Below are positions 24,501 to 37,598 of a stretch of DNA of 46,499 nucleotides, in pieces (the first letter of the stretch is position 1; each line of letters opens with the position of its first letter). Under the pieces are notes generated by a model that was not told the origin of the DNA, did no database searches, and was given only the letters and a program-made list of their open reading frames with translations. The translations under genes were made by a program, and so were the position numbers. The DNA lies in contig NW_021834640.1 of NCBI RefSeq assembly GCF_006345805.1, forward strand, positions 1 to 46,499, in the 5' to 3' direction. The stretch comes from Octopus sinensis (lineage: Eukaryota).

Positions 24501-24889
24501 TTGTTGTTATAGAATAAAGGGCTGTAATAAAATTACCGTCTTCCTGTATACTCGAACAGGGAGAGGGATGCAAAATTAGAGAATTTCGGTCTTGTGTGGC
24601 AGGCATGTTGCCATCCGTCAATATCAGGGTATGGATCCAAACATACGAGGAACTTTACACAGGGTGTACTCCAAAAAATGTGTACACACAGCGAATGATT
24701 ATAAATCAGTGTTTATCAAAATACAATTCTGCTTCGTAAAAGTTTAACAGAATCTACAGACAACATTTTAAAATTGGCTTTCAAAATATTGTTTGACATG
24801 ACGAGGCTAGATTTAAATTAAATGGCGTAAATAATCTTCGCACTGAAAGTCAGTGGAGTATGATGTTATTGTACTAGGAGTTATAGTAT

Positions 24890-25458
<569 letters not shown>

Positions 25459-25660
25459 GCAAAAGGATTAACAATACATACAGTCGTTGGCCCCACTTAC
25501 TAATCTGTCATGTCAAACACAATAAGACTTTGGTGTGGAGATTATTTCCAACACGATGGGTATATGAAAGCCAATTCTTAAACTGATGACAGTTCTGGTT
25601 CAGGTATTGTTGATAATACGAAGCAATGAAGTAGCACGCATCCAAAAAAACTTGTCTGCG

Positions 25661-25886
25661 TGTGTATATGTTTGTGTGTCTGTGTTTGTCCCCCAAGATT
25701 GCTTGACAACCGATGCTGGTGTGTTTACGTCCTTGTAACATAGCGGTTCGGCAAAAGAGACCGATAGAATAAGTACTGGGCTTACAAAGAATAAGTCCTG
25801 GGGTTCATTTGCTCGACTAAAGGTTGTGCTCCAGCATGGCCACAGTCAAATGACTGAAACAAGTAAAAGAGTAAAAGAGAGTAAAG

Positions 25887-25920
<34 letters not shown>

Positions 25921-26131
25921 TTGTGTCTGTGCTTGTCCCCCTAGCATTGCTTGACAACCGATGCTGGTGTGTTTACGCCCTCGTAACTTAGCGGTTCGTC
26001 AAAAGAGACCGATAGAATAAGTACTGGGCTTGCAAAGAATAAGTCATTTGCTCGACTAAAGGCGGTGCTCAAGCGTGGCCACATTCATAATTACTGAAAC
26101 AAGTAAAAGAGTAGAAGAGTAGAAGAGTAAA
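25661..26131 (+). mobile_element. Two tandem SINE-A 3' halves (about 25661-25886 and 25905-26131)
   Basis: Each ends ACTGAAACAAGTAAAAGAGTA. Neither has a head. Confidence 0.9.
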
Positions 26132-26488
26132 ATAGCATGTCTTTAAAATTTTCCTTTCTTCAATACTAATAAATCATGGTTTTATCAATTGTATAATAAC
26201 TACATAGGTATGCAAGTTATAACTTTTCAGTCGTACGAAAATGTGGTTACACAAAAATCGGAATAAAGACAGACCAAAATCTCAGTTTATAACTGCTACA
26301 TTTAATATTAAGATTATACATGCTTATGCGCGCACATACACAACACTCACATACACATACAAACACACACACACACGTGATGATATAAGAATGCATACAC
26401 GTGTACACATACATACAAACATATGCATATATGTTGATTAATAGGTAAAAAGATACATCGAAAGATATATATATATATATATATATAT

Positions 26489-26738
26489 ATAACATAAGGG
26501 ACTAAAGCCATCTGAATATGGCTAGAGACAGGGCAGGGTGGTGGGGGTGTTACTGTTGCATTTAGCCCCAGGCGAACATCAACGTCGCCAGATAGGCTTG
26601 ACACCATCACGGCGTCCTCTGATGGTGTCAAGCCTATCTGGCGACGTTGATGTTCGCCTGGGGCTAAATGCAACAGTAACACCCCCACCACCCTGCCCTG
26701 TCCCTAGCCATTTCAGATGGCTTTGGTCCTTATGTTAT
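26489..26738. mobile_element. Foldback palindrome with ~120-bp arms and a 10-bp spacer (MITE-like)
   Basis: 26489-26609 is the reverse complement of 26620-26738. The inner 83 bp are perfect; the outer part has 2 substitutions and 2 single-base indels. Confidence 0.9.
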
Positions 26739-26780
26739 GGAGCAGTTACTGTCTATATCTCATTTAGAGAATTATTATTG

Positions 26781-26817
<37 letters not shown>

Positions 26818-26910
26818 TTCAGCAAAATTTAGATTCAGATGAATATGGTACTTAAGTTAAAGTCACCAGAATTTTGTATGCTATTATCCATATAAATGAT
26901 ATGGAGTGAT

Positions 26911-27209
26911 TATAATAAAAATAAGCAGCAAGGATATCCAAGGTAGAGTAGTACAATTGTTTCATGCTATATATATAAACAGAGAGGTTTATTTCATTCT
27001 GTCTATATATCTACCCTCTTTATAATGTTGGCAAATGAAATAGGGATAAGAATGTGCTTTGTCCGTTTAATTGGAAAATTCTATATGTGGCCGAAGATTG
27101 CTCGACATTTTAAAACTGATGTAATACTTACAGCGTTTAATAAAATAAAGTAACATGAAACAATTGTACTACACTACCTTTGATATCCTTGTTGCTTATT
27201 TTGATTATA
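26911..27209. mobile_element. MITE with 59-bp TIRs
   Basis: 26911-26969 against the reverse complement of 27151-27209 gives 54/59 identity. Both ends are TA. Confidence 0.9.
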
Positions 27210-27533
27210 TATATATATATATGTATATGCACATACACAGTTATCTGTATTTATGAATGTGTGTGTGTACGTGTGTATGTGTGTGTGTGTGTGTGTGAAA
27301 TCATGTGGCGATAGTAAAGAACGGTATAAATGATAACAATATTTACTGTTCAGTATCGAAGCTAAAAGCCTTTAGGTGAAAGTTGAAGTCCTTTTAAAAA
27401 TCGATATTAAATATAGATACAATCATTCAATATCTATATACATACATACATGCATAAATACATACATATATATATATATATATTTACATACATAAATATA
27501 TATATATACATATATATATATTTATATATATGC

Positions 27534-27574
<41 letters not shown>

Positions 27575-28498
27575 TATATATATATATATATATATATATA
27601 GGTATTGAATATTGAGAGAAACATCTATAGAGATACGCATATTATACGAAACGACAGGGATAGCTAGGAACATTCTAGAGCTGGGTCTAGTCTGATTTTT
27701 GGTTTTTATTTACATTTTTTCACATTTTTCTTTTCATATTTGAATTTGTCATTTGTCAGAATGGCAGTGTTTCGTTGACTACATTATCAGTTAGTAAAGA
27801 AATAATGCTTGTCTTTTTTCTCTTCTTTTTATTTTCACCATTTTATTTTATTTTATTTTATTTTTTTTTTGTTGTTTGGTTCGGTTTTCACGCCCTCATT
27901 GCTTCAGGCGTTTGTGGTTGCTATTTTGCCGTGGCCTGAGGAATTTTTTTAGTCTTACGATTTTCCTATCGATTTTTCTGCTTTATGATGGACGGAAAAG
28001 ATCAAGGGTGGGTTCTGGCTGCAAGGTAACTCTCAGGTATTGTCTATTTTGTAATTCTTTGCACAGGTTTTTGGTAACTGGTTTTAGTTTCTCTTTCAAT
28101 AAAGCAGATTTCTCGATGCTGTTGGTGACTTGTTGAATGCTTTTCGAAGATGCTGTTGTGATGTAAAGTGTGATAAAACCCGTTGTTGGAATTGCTGAAG
28201 TGATTTTAGCCCAAGGCTTATTTTGATGGAGCAAGGCCATGATTCCGGCCGTGATGACTCCGTCTTGATATTGGCAGGTGTGAGGTAGATCTTGTACTCT
28301 ATTATTTGTTTCAGTCATTCGAGTGCGGCCATGCTGGAGCACCGCCTTTAGTCGAGCAAATCAATCCCAAGACTTATTCTTTGTAAGCCTAGTACTTATT
28401 CTATCGGTCTCTTTAGCCGAACCACTATGTTACGGGGACGTAAACACACCACCATCAGTTGTCAAGCGATGTTGGGGGTGACAAACAAAAACATATAA

Positions 28499-28531
<33 letters not shown>

Positions 28532-28534
28532 CAC

Positions 28535-28737
28535 AGTTAATCCAAACATGAAAACACAAAGAGAAAACACAACAACGCGAGGACATGGAACAAATATAGT
28601 ATTATTGGATGCTCAGGAAGTAAGGGAAGAAGGAGGGTTTTGCGATTCGAGCGGAGCTCTTCGTCAGAAACATAGGAATAGGAAAGATCCAGAGAAGGGA
28701 AGACGGAGGATAAAAAATCGCCAACGGTGCACACGCG
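28535..28737 (-). mobile_element. Hammerhead-bearing module, copy 2
   Basis: Reverse complement is colinear with 11798-11987. Confidence 0.8.
28637..28671 (-). ncRNA. Minimal type I hammerhead motif with core substitutions (GAAA to GAAU, GUA to GCA)
   Basis: Minus strand reads GTTT-CTGACGA-A-GAGC-TCC-GCTC-GAAT-CG-CA/AAAC. Confidence 0.6.
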
Positions 28738-29227
28738 ATCACATTATACACGAAGGGTTTCTTTTAGTTTCCACCTACCAAATCCACTCACAAGTCTTTG
28801 GTCGGCCCGAGGCTATAGTAGAAGATACTTGCCCAATGTGCCACGCAGTGGGACTGAACCTGGAACCACGTGGTTGTTAAGCAAGCTACTTTATTTCATT
28901 AAATTTGTCATAAAAACAGTACATAGATTAGGTAGCTTTGTAGGCTGGACAAGACATTAATGAGATGAATTATAATGATACAAGTATGATAAGGATGCGA
29001 GAAGGCACAAAAGCGCCCGCCGACCCTCTGCTTCTCAATAACATTGTTCTTTAACAAATCATTACGTGAGGCAATGAAACTCTTACAAAAATGATAACAA
29101 TATTAATGTACAAATATAAAATTTACATATTTCGGCGCTAAGCCTATTCTTCTTCGACCCCGACCAGGCTGTGAGCTGCCCATAGTTGCCGCTCCGGATC
29201 CCGGTCGGGGTCCCAAAATTCGATTCT

Positions 29228-29563
29228 CACAACATCATAAGCCGAAAGTGTAACCTCTCTAAAGAGCTGTTCTTCACTCCTACTGCAGAGCGTCGGCTGC
29301 GAGGTCATTCCCAAAAGCTTTATCTGCGACGATTTCATCTCAGTCGAAGAAGAGGGGCTTTCTTCGTCCGGGTTGCAGATCCGCGGAATAAGCTGCCAGA
29401 CGAGATGGTGAGGATGCCGACGACCACTCGGTTCAAAGTCTCTCTTGACCAGAAATAGCCTGAAGTCTTTGCATGAACACGCTCCCTGTACATAACTCCA
29501 TGTCCCCCTACATGGCCTTGCTTTTTGCTTTTTGAGCCGAAAAATTAACTTAACTTAACTTAA
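29228..29563 (+). mobile_element. CR1-like LINE 3' end (ORF2 C-terminus, 3' UTR, tail)
   Basis: HNIISRKCNLSKELFFT...RLRGHSQKL...F.VRVADPRNKLPDEMV...FKVSLDQK*PEVFA*. 3' UTR hairpin CCATGT-CCCCCT-ACATGG at 29498-29515. (TTAAC)n tail at 29545-29563. Confidence 0.88.
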
Positions 29564-30151
29564 AGGAGCCCACCACCATGTCCATGTTGACCTCCGATAT
29601 GACCTTCGTAGTCACCTGCGAAGGTCCTCTCCTACCTTCGGTCCAGGCTACACCTGTTAAGCTGTTAAGCATGTCAACCTGACCATGTCAATGATAAGAC
29701 CATTGAAGGAATTGGTGTTGTGGATTTAGCCCAAGGCTAAAGTTGATTTAGCAAACCTATGATCCTTATTTGGTGTTGACAGTATCTTACTTAAAGATGT
29801 GATTGCGTTTTGAGGTCTGATAAGGCTGTTGATGATACTGTTGGTGTAAATTTATCCCAAGGCCAAACTTGATTTGAGAATTTCCAACCGTGACCACCTC
29901 GTCCTTTTTGCATGCGGATTGTGTGATTATATAACTTATAATGTCATTGTGACATGAAGTATGCTACGTTCTTCGATGTAATTGCTGACGCAGTTTTAGA
30001 CAAGGTGAATCGTTATAAAACAGATGTGTATGTATTCTATATCTATATACTTCTATGAGTGAGTATAGGTGTTTGTTTATATATTAGAAGTATTTGTATT
30101 TGTATAATTATTCATGTACATATATATGTATATACGCATGTGTCATCAGTA

Positions 30152-30573
30152 TACTCTCTCTTTTACTCTTTTACTTGTTTCAGTCATTTGACTGCGGCCA
30201 TGCTGGAGCACCGCCTTTAATCGAGCAACTCGATCGCGGAACTTATTCTTTGATAAGCCCAGTACTTACTCTATCGGTCTCTTTTGCCGAACCGCTAAGT
30301 AACGGGGGAGATAAACACACCAGCATCGGCTGTCAAGCGATGTTGGATGGGACAAACACAGACACACAAACATACACGCATATATATATATATATACATA
30401 CATATATACGATGGGCTTCTTTTCAGTTTCCGTCCACCAAATCCACTCACAAGGCTTTGGTCGGCCCGAGGCTATAGTAGAAGACACTTGCCCAAGGTGC
30501 CACGAAGTGGGACTGAACCCGTAACCATGTGGCTGGTAAACAAGCTACTTACCACACAGCCACTCCTGCGCCT
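30152..30573 (-). mobile_element. SINE family A, full length
   Basis: Colinear with the other A copies. Confidence 0.95.
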
Positions 30574-30581
30574 ATATGTAT

Positions 30582-30623
<42 letters not shown>

Positions 30624-30637
30624 TGTATGTATATATA

Positions 30638-30671
<34 letters not shown>

Positions 30672-31474
30672 CTGTGTGTTTGTATGTATATATATATATA
30701 TATATACATACATACACACACATATATATATATATACATATATATATATGTATATATGTATGTGTGTAATGTATATATAAGTATTTGAGTATTTGTATAT
30801 GTATACGCATATGTATATGTACTTACATATGTATATTCACGCATGCGTGAGTATATGCGTATATATATATATATATACATACATATATGTATATATATAT
30901 ATATGGATATGCATGTGTACGTAGGCGTGTGTATGCCAATGCATGCTCAACATTGACAGCAAATTGAGGTCATCAGTTTAATGAACATTGATAGTTTTAA
31001 GAGCTGGTTTCAGCTTCGCTCTACGTCGTTTACTTTACGAAATGGGTGTTCTAATGGTGGTAGTGGTTACGGTGGTGGGGGTAATCAACAGGAGAAGCAG
31101 AGAGGAATAGAGAGGGGAGATGAGAATGAGGAGGATTATGAGAAGGAAATGTAGAGTAAGTGGAGAAGAGGATGGAGGATGGAAGGAGAGGAAGGGGAGT
31201 AAAATGAGGTGTGGTATGAAGATGGGGAAAGGCGTACAGGTAGAAATATTGAAGGTGATAGATAGATTGACAGAGATAGTAGGTACGTGATGGGTAGGAA
31301 GACATAGAAATAGAAAGAATGAGAGGCTGTGTGAGATAGAGAAATACATTGTTGGATAGATAGATAGATAGATAAATAAAGAAAGAAATAATAAATAAAT
31401 AATAAATACTGGCAGACAGACAGCCAGAATGATTGACAGATAGATCGATAGATTGATAGATAGATAGATAAATA

Positions 31475-31874
31475 TGTTTCTTTATTAGCCACACAGGGCT
31501 GCACACAGATAGAACAAATTACAAGGTAGAGCTTTTCTTTTGACGGTTTAAAAAAAAAAAGGAAGGGGTAGTTTCGATCAAAAGGGATCGTAAAAGGAGA
31601 GAAAGAGGACAAAAAAAAGGGGGGTTAAAAAAAGGGGGAGAGGAAAAAAAAAAAAAAATTTATCAATAGGGATCGTTATCACAGAAATGTCAATATGAAG
31701 TGTAAAGGGGAGGACAGATGAGGTTTACCCGTGGAAAGAAAAGCCTACGGAAAATACCACGGTAACCTCGGTCAATGGAGTCACATGTTATATTTCTTTT
31801 TTTTTTTTTGCGAATAAGCAACTCTCTGTTTTCAATTCCTGGGTTCATAGGATCATGCTCAAGGTGGCTTCGTC

Positions 31875-31876
<2 letters not shown>
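31475..31876 (-). mobile_element. 3' end of a non-LTR retrotransposon (clade uncertain, L1/Tx1-like suspected)
   Basis: The minus strand reads DEATLSMIL*, then a pyrimidine-rich 3' UTR, AATAAAGAAA, then (CTAT)n. It is flanked by GATA-type repeats on both sides. The clade is an inference from recall. Confidence 0.6.
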
Positions 31877-31957
<81 letters not shown>

Positions 31958-32256
31958 CATACATACATACATACATACATACATACATACATGCATGCAT
32001 ACATAATATATGCATACATGCATGCATGCTTACATACATACATACATAATATATGCATACATACATAGATGCATACATAGATACACTGTTAAAGGGAGAG
32101 ACAAATATGCAGATAAGCAGATGGACAGATATATATAGAGAGAGAGAAAGAGAGAAAGAGGGAGAGAGAGAGAGAGAGAGGAGAAAATGAGAGAGATAAA
32201 TAGCGAAAGAACAAAAGTGAGAGAGATACATAAATAGATAAATAGACACCCAAACT

Positions 32257-32338
<82 letters not shown>

Positions 32339-32463
32339 CGAGATAGATAGATAGATAGATATAATAGATAATATATAGATAGATAGATAGACAGTAAGTA
32401 GGTAGGGGTAGGTTGTTAGTTAGTTAGGTAGGTATGTAGGTAGGTAGGTAGTAGGTTGGTAGG

Positions 32464-32507
<44 letters not shown>

Positions 32508-32516
32508 CAGATAGAC

Positions 32517-32575
<59 letters not shown>

Positions 32576-32659
32576 CAGATAGGTAGGTAGGTAGGTAGGT
32601 TGTTAGTTAGTTAGGTAGGTAGGTAGGTAGGTAGGTAGGTAGGTTGGTAGGTAGGTAGG

Positions 32660-32743
<84 letters not shown>

Positions 32744-32745
32744 CA
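31877..32745. repeat. (GATA)n/(CATA)n/(GA)n/(GGTA)n compound tract
   Basis: Read directly. Confidence 0.95.
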
Positions 32746-33453
32746 GGACAGGCATATCTTAATACGTTTGCGTGTATGATCCAATTTATTGCTCAATTAT
32801 TCTTAACTTTCCATCGAGCGATCTTCCATGACGGATGTTTACGTAAGAATAACTAAAAGCTGAGGTTAGATCTCGCCAAAGCGAAAATTGTTTTGAGCTA
32901 TAACAAGCAGATTTGTCGTCCGACATTAGGAGACGCCGCTACGTTTTACTAAATGCGACAGACTAACGTGTGCTTCTGTATTTAAATGAAGGCTCAGAGT
33001 TCAAATCTAACGACGAACAAGTCTTTAATATAGAAGGAAACTTGGCTTGCATCTCCCTAAATTTGATTTATTTAATAACATGCTGTGGATGTATCGAAAA
33101 CTATATTAGACACACTGGGTTATCATTACGTAAGAGAATGATGCTACATAAACAAAAGATTAATAACGAAAAGCTATGAAAGTTCCATCAAGTGGGCATA
33201 TAACAACATATATAGGAATGGAACTAGCGAATTTTAAAATATTTCCATCCTACAAATTGCTCACCTTAAAACAGAGAACAACGGTTAGATAAATCCAGAC
33301 AGGTTATTATGAAATATATGCCTCTCTTGAACGTTTGATAAATAACAACTATGAATGACAATATACACACAACTGACAAGATACACACAACTGTGCACAT
33401 GCAAGCTTCTTTATATAATGGTTGTGTGTATGTATATATACATGCATACATAC

Positions 33454-33502
<49 letters not shown>

Positions 33503-33839
33503 TATATATTTAGGTATTGGAATCTTATATGTATGTCATTCTGCCTAAATAATGGCTCTACAAAGACAATATCCTTGCATATCTCACATCATTTTCATTC
33601 ATCCACTTCACTCTCTATTGCGTATCTTATCTAAATTAACTATTGCTTAACCAACTTCACACACCGTCTCCGATAAAGGGATATAATAAATTTCTTAGAA
33701 ACACCTGTAAGACTATATATTTATAAATGTTCTAAAATCTACACATAGCTGCACGACATTGTTGTAATTTGTATGTAATATCATTTTTAATCTTCGGATT
33801 TTTGAAATAGGCTAAGCCACTGGTTTTAATTTATTAATA

Positions 33840-34309
33840 CAGGGTGCGGCAGAAATACGTCTAACATTTTAAACTTTCACCTATGTGTTGATGATAAACT
33901 TATGCAAGTTCCATTGATATTTTTATTTAGCTAATGAACAAAAACTGTAACCTTTTATTAAAAACAAGAGTAAAATTAGAAATATTGAATTTCTAAATCT
34001 CTCGTAGAGACATGTACGGTGGTGGGGCGATAGAGTGGTTGTATACTGTCAATCTAACAAGAACGTGACAGTAGGGGGTACACCACCGCTTTATAGCCCT
34101 AGGAAGCATCGAACGCCTCCTGATAGCTTTGACACATTTTTTCCCCTGTGTCCTTATATACATATACGAAGGGGAGACAAACACCCCCGGCCGCCGGAAC
34201 TGCATCTAGGGACACCGTGTTTCAAGAGTAAAATTAATTTTTCATAAATATTGTTTCTTTTTCCAGTTGTCAACCTTTCAAATGTGGGAGGTATTTCTGC
34301 CGCACCCTG
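33840..34309. mobile_element. Tc1/mariner-type MITE with perfect TIRs and a TA target duplication
   Basis: TA-CAGGGTGCGGCAGAAATAC (33838-33858) and GTATTTCTGCCGCACCCTG-TA (34291-34311). Confidence 0.95.
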
Positions 34310-35049
34310 TATCAGTTTCTGCTTTCATTATTTAATTTTATATACGTCTATATATATGTATATGTGAGAGTCTGTGTTTGTACGCATGTGAGCGTGTTTT
34401 ATGTTTTTCGTTAATGGGAGTCAAAGATATTAGAGTTCGTTTAATGTACTACACAACACATGAAGCAAGTTTGGAGTTTATTTACTTAAAATTTATTTAT
34501 TTAAACGTTTGTATTCAAGCTGTTTCGCGTGAAGAAAAACGAACAGTAAAGTGTGAAAATTTGACAAAAGCGTACTCTCGAAACAGCTGTCACAAGGTCA
34601 TTAAATTTAACACGCACCTCCACACACTTCTTCACACACACATGCACACATACGCACATATATACGTATCTATATGATTGTATACATCAATGCCTGCGCA
34701 TAATTGTACGGGCTTAAGAAATAGTTTTAAGGAGAAATGGTAGCATCGGTGAAAGATCATTAGATAATTGTATTAGAATATAATGGCATGTGTGTTCGTA
34801 CACACACACACATATATATAGAGAGAGATGTGTGTGTGTATGTGTGTTTGTGTACTAAGGGTCGCATTAAGGAGCAGTATTAAGCGTGGGTTTCTGATAC
34901 AATTATCTTAGAGTAGTGAAAAAGGGGTTGGATGTAATGGGGTCTGGGGTTATTCATGCCAGCAGTAATGAAATTTTTGTTGTCATTAATTCAATTTTCG
35001 GCTACAATAAATAGAAGTAGGAGACCTAATGTGCTGGGGAATAGGGTGA

Positions 35050-35750
35050 GGAGGAGGAGGCTGAAGGAGAAACGATGGACGTTGACCGTGATGGTGGTGA
35101 TATTGGTGGTGGTGGTGGTGGTGGTGGTGGTGGTGGTGGTGGTTTCGTGGAGAGGGTGATTTTGTGGTCTAGTAATTTGGTGATGATGGTGGTTTGGTTT
35201 TGATGGTGGCGGTGGGTATTGTGGTGTCGGTGGTGCTGGCTAAGGTGGTACGGGTGGTGGTGGTGGTGGTGGTGGTGGTGGTGGTGGTGATGGTTATGGT
35301 TATGGTTATGGTTATGGTTATGGTGGTGATGGTGATAGCAATGCTTGTGTTGATGGTTGTTTTGTGATATCGTTCATTTGGTGGTGGTCGTGGTGGTCGT
35401 GGTTGTGGTAGTGGTGGTGGTTCTGGTGGTGGTAGTTGTTGTGGTGGTGGTGGTGGTTCTGGTGGTTTGGTGGTGGTTCTGGTGGTGGTTCTGGTGGTGG
35501 TGGTTCTGGTGGTGGTTCTGGTGGTGGTGGTTCTGGTGGTGGTGGTTCTTGTGGTGGTTCTGGTGGTGGTGGTTGTTGTGATGGTGGTAGTGGTTCTGGT
35601 ACTGGTGGTGGTGGTGGCGGTGGTGGTGGCGCTGTTAGTGATGAGGTGTATTTATGGCGAAGACTATAGCTTGTTGATGATGGACGTTTAGTGGCGGCAG
35701 TGGTGGTGAGGAGAGTGGTAGTGCTTGCGGTGGATTGGTGGTGACGGTGG
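35050..35750. repeat. (GGT)n mosaic with (TGGTTA)5 at 35291-35320 and GGTTCT interruptions
   Basis: Read directly. Confidence 0.93.
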
Positions 35751-35904
35751 TTTTCGCGCGTGTAGTATGCATGTGCGTGTATCCTTAATCGCGTGTGCAT
35801 CTGTGTGTATATATGTGTGTATATATGCGTTTGTATGTCACTGATTATCTGCGTGTAGTTACAGTTATCTGAGATCGAATTGGCTTCGTTAATATTGGTG
35901 GCGA

Positions 35905-36095
35905 TAAAGCAGGTGGTTTAGAGGTTATGGTGTGGGCACTCGTGATCCAAACATTGGGGTTTCGTTTCCTGCACCGGGTGGTGTGTTGTGTTCTTGAGCA
36001 AAACACCTCTTCCCACGTAGATCCAGAGCACTCGGCTGGCAAATATGAGTGATGCTGCCACTGATCGACTCACCGTTCTGTGCTGAGTAATTATA
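35905..36095 (+). mobile_element. SINE family E, diverged
   Basis: GTGTTGTGTTCTTGAGCAAAACACCT follows a decayed tRNA-like head. Confidence 0.65.
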
Positions 36096-36104
36096 TACAC
36101 CACA

Positions 36105-37480
36105 GAACGGCAAAACTGGTCTTAGGTGCCTAATGCTTTGGCTGGGTCATGCCCTCCGTCGTCTATCAGGAGAATTCCTCTACGAAGCAATTGCCCCAGT
36201 TCCCCTTCATGGTTGCCGAAAGCGATGTGGTGAACAACGAAAAACCTGGCTAATGACAGTCAAGGCTGATCTCGAACCCAACCTATGAAGCAATTGCTTC
36301 AGCTCCCCTTCAAGGTTGCCGAAAGCGATGTGGTGGACAACGAAAAACCTGGCTGATGACAGTCAAGGCTGATCTGGAACCAAACCAATGAAGCAATTGC
36401 TCCAGCTTCCCTTCAAGGTTGCCGAGAGCGATGTGGTGGACAACGAAAAACCTGGCTGATGACAGCCAAGGCTGATCTGGAACCCATCCTATGAAGCAAT
36501 TGCTCCAGCTTCCCTTCAGGGTTGCCGAAAGCGATGTGGTAGACAACGAAAAACCTGGCTGATGACAGTCAAGGCTGATCTGGAACCCAACCTATGAAGC
36601 AATTGCCCCAGCTCCCCTTCAGGGTTGGCGAAAGCGATGTGGTGGATGATGAAAAACCTGGCTGATGACAGTCAAGGCTGATCTAGAACCCAACCTACGA
36701 AGCAATTGCCCCAGCTCCCCTTCAGGGTTGGTGAAAGCGATGTGGTGGGCAACGAAGAACATGGCTGATGACAGTCAAAGCTGATCTGGAACCCAACACA
36801 CGAAGCAATTGCTCCAGCTTCCCTACAGGGTTGCCGAAAGCGATGTGGTGGACAACGAAAAACCTGGCTGATGACAGTCAAGGCTGATCTGGAACCCAAC
36901 ACACGAAGCAATTGCTCCAGCTTCCCTACAGGGTTGCCGAAAGTGATGTGGTGGACAACGAAAAACCTGGCTGATGACAGTCAAGGCTGATCTGGAACCC
37001 AACCTATGAAGCAATTGCCCCAGCTCCCCTTCAGGGTTGCCGAAAGCGATGTGGTGGACAACGAAAAACCTGGCTGATGACAGTCAAGGCTGATCTGGAA
37101 CCCAACACATGAAGCAATTGCTCCAGCTTCCCTACAGGGTTGCCGAAAGCGATGTGGTGGACAACGAAAAACCTGGCTGATGACAGTCAAGGCTGATCTG
37201 GAACCCAACCTATGAAGCAATTGCCCCAGCTCCCCTTCAGGGTTGCCGAAAGCGATGTGGTGGACAACGAAAAACCTGGCTGACGACAGTCCAGACTGAT
37301 CTGGAACCCAACCCAGGCCCCCATATCTACGGCGTTCGCCGCTGGAATAAGGAGTGGTTGGAGATCACGCAGTCGTTAGCCTCAAATCGCCAGGCCTGGT
37401 CGGCGTTTGTGAGAGATGCAGCATTGAGGATGAATGAAGCCATCTCAACCAACCCCGGATGAATGCTGTCTCAAGACAAA
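36105..37480 (+). mobile_element. 5'-truncated RTE-like LINE 3' end, expanded by an internal tandem array
   Basis: With the array collapsed to one unit it reads LWLGHALRRLSGEFLYEAIAP..L.GCRKRCGGQRKTWLMTVKADLEPNPGPHIYGVRRWNKEWLEITQSLASNRQAWSAFVRDAALRMNEAISTNPG* (stop at 37460-37462). The WLGH..R and GG.RKTW motifs are typical of RTE-clade C-termini. Confidence 0.82.
36184..37313. repeat. Minisatellite of 11 x 103 bp
   Basis: GAAGCAATTG starts at 36184, 36287, 36390, 36493, 36596, 36699, 36802, 36905, 37008, 37111 and 37214. Confidence 0.98.
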
Positions 37481-37598
37481 AAGAAGGAGAAAGAATGCTA
37501 AGGAAGGACCTTTGATCTTTTTAGAATCTTTTCTGACCCCTTTTGTGGGGGCATAGCTTCATTGTCAGGTTGTTGAACACATGATCGTAAGATGGTAG

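Larger units (their letters stand above)
28295..28890 (-). mobile_element. SINE family A carrying the hammerhead module
   Basis: Tail at about 28295-28500, module at 28535-28737, head at about 28750-28890. Confidence 0.9.

Noticed and set aside
27620-27800. Two hammerhead-like relics (ATACGAAACGACAGG at about 27645; minus-strand CTGATAATGTAGTCAACGAAAC at about 27770)
   Set aside because: The cores are mutated and stems I and III do not close. They may be decayed relics but cannot be supported.
27876-28290. Overlapping ORFs of 86 and 119 aa
   Set aside because: There is no recognisable homology, and part overlaps dispersed-repeat sequence.
35318-35800. Gly-rich or Pro-rich structural protein exon
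   Set aside because: It is (GGT)n with GGTTCT interruptions, continuous with the surrounding microsatellite.
36184-37313. Regular array as a CRISPR locus or a hammerhead satellite (the unit contains CTGATGA and GAAA)
   Set aside because: There are no unique spacers and no cas genes, and the context is eukaryotic. The bases after CTGATGA and before either GAAA do not pair into stem II, and the motifs are RTE codons.
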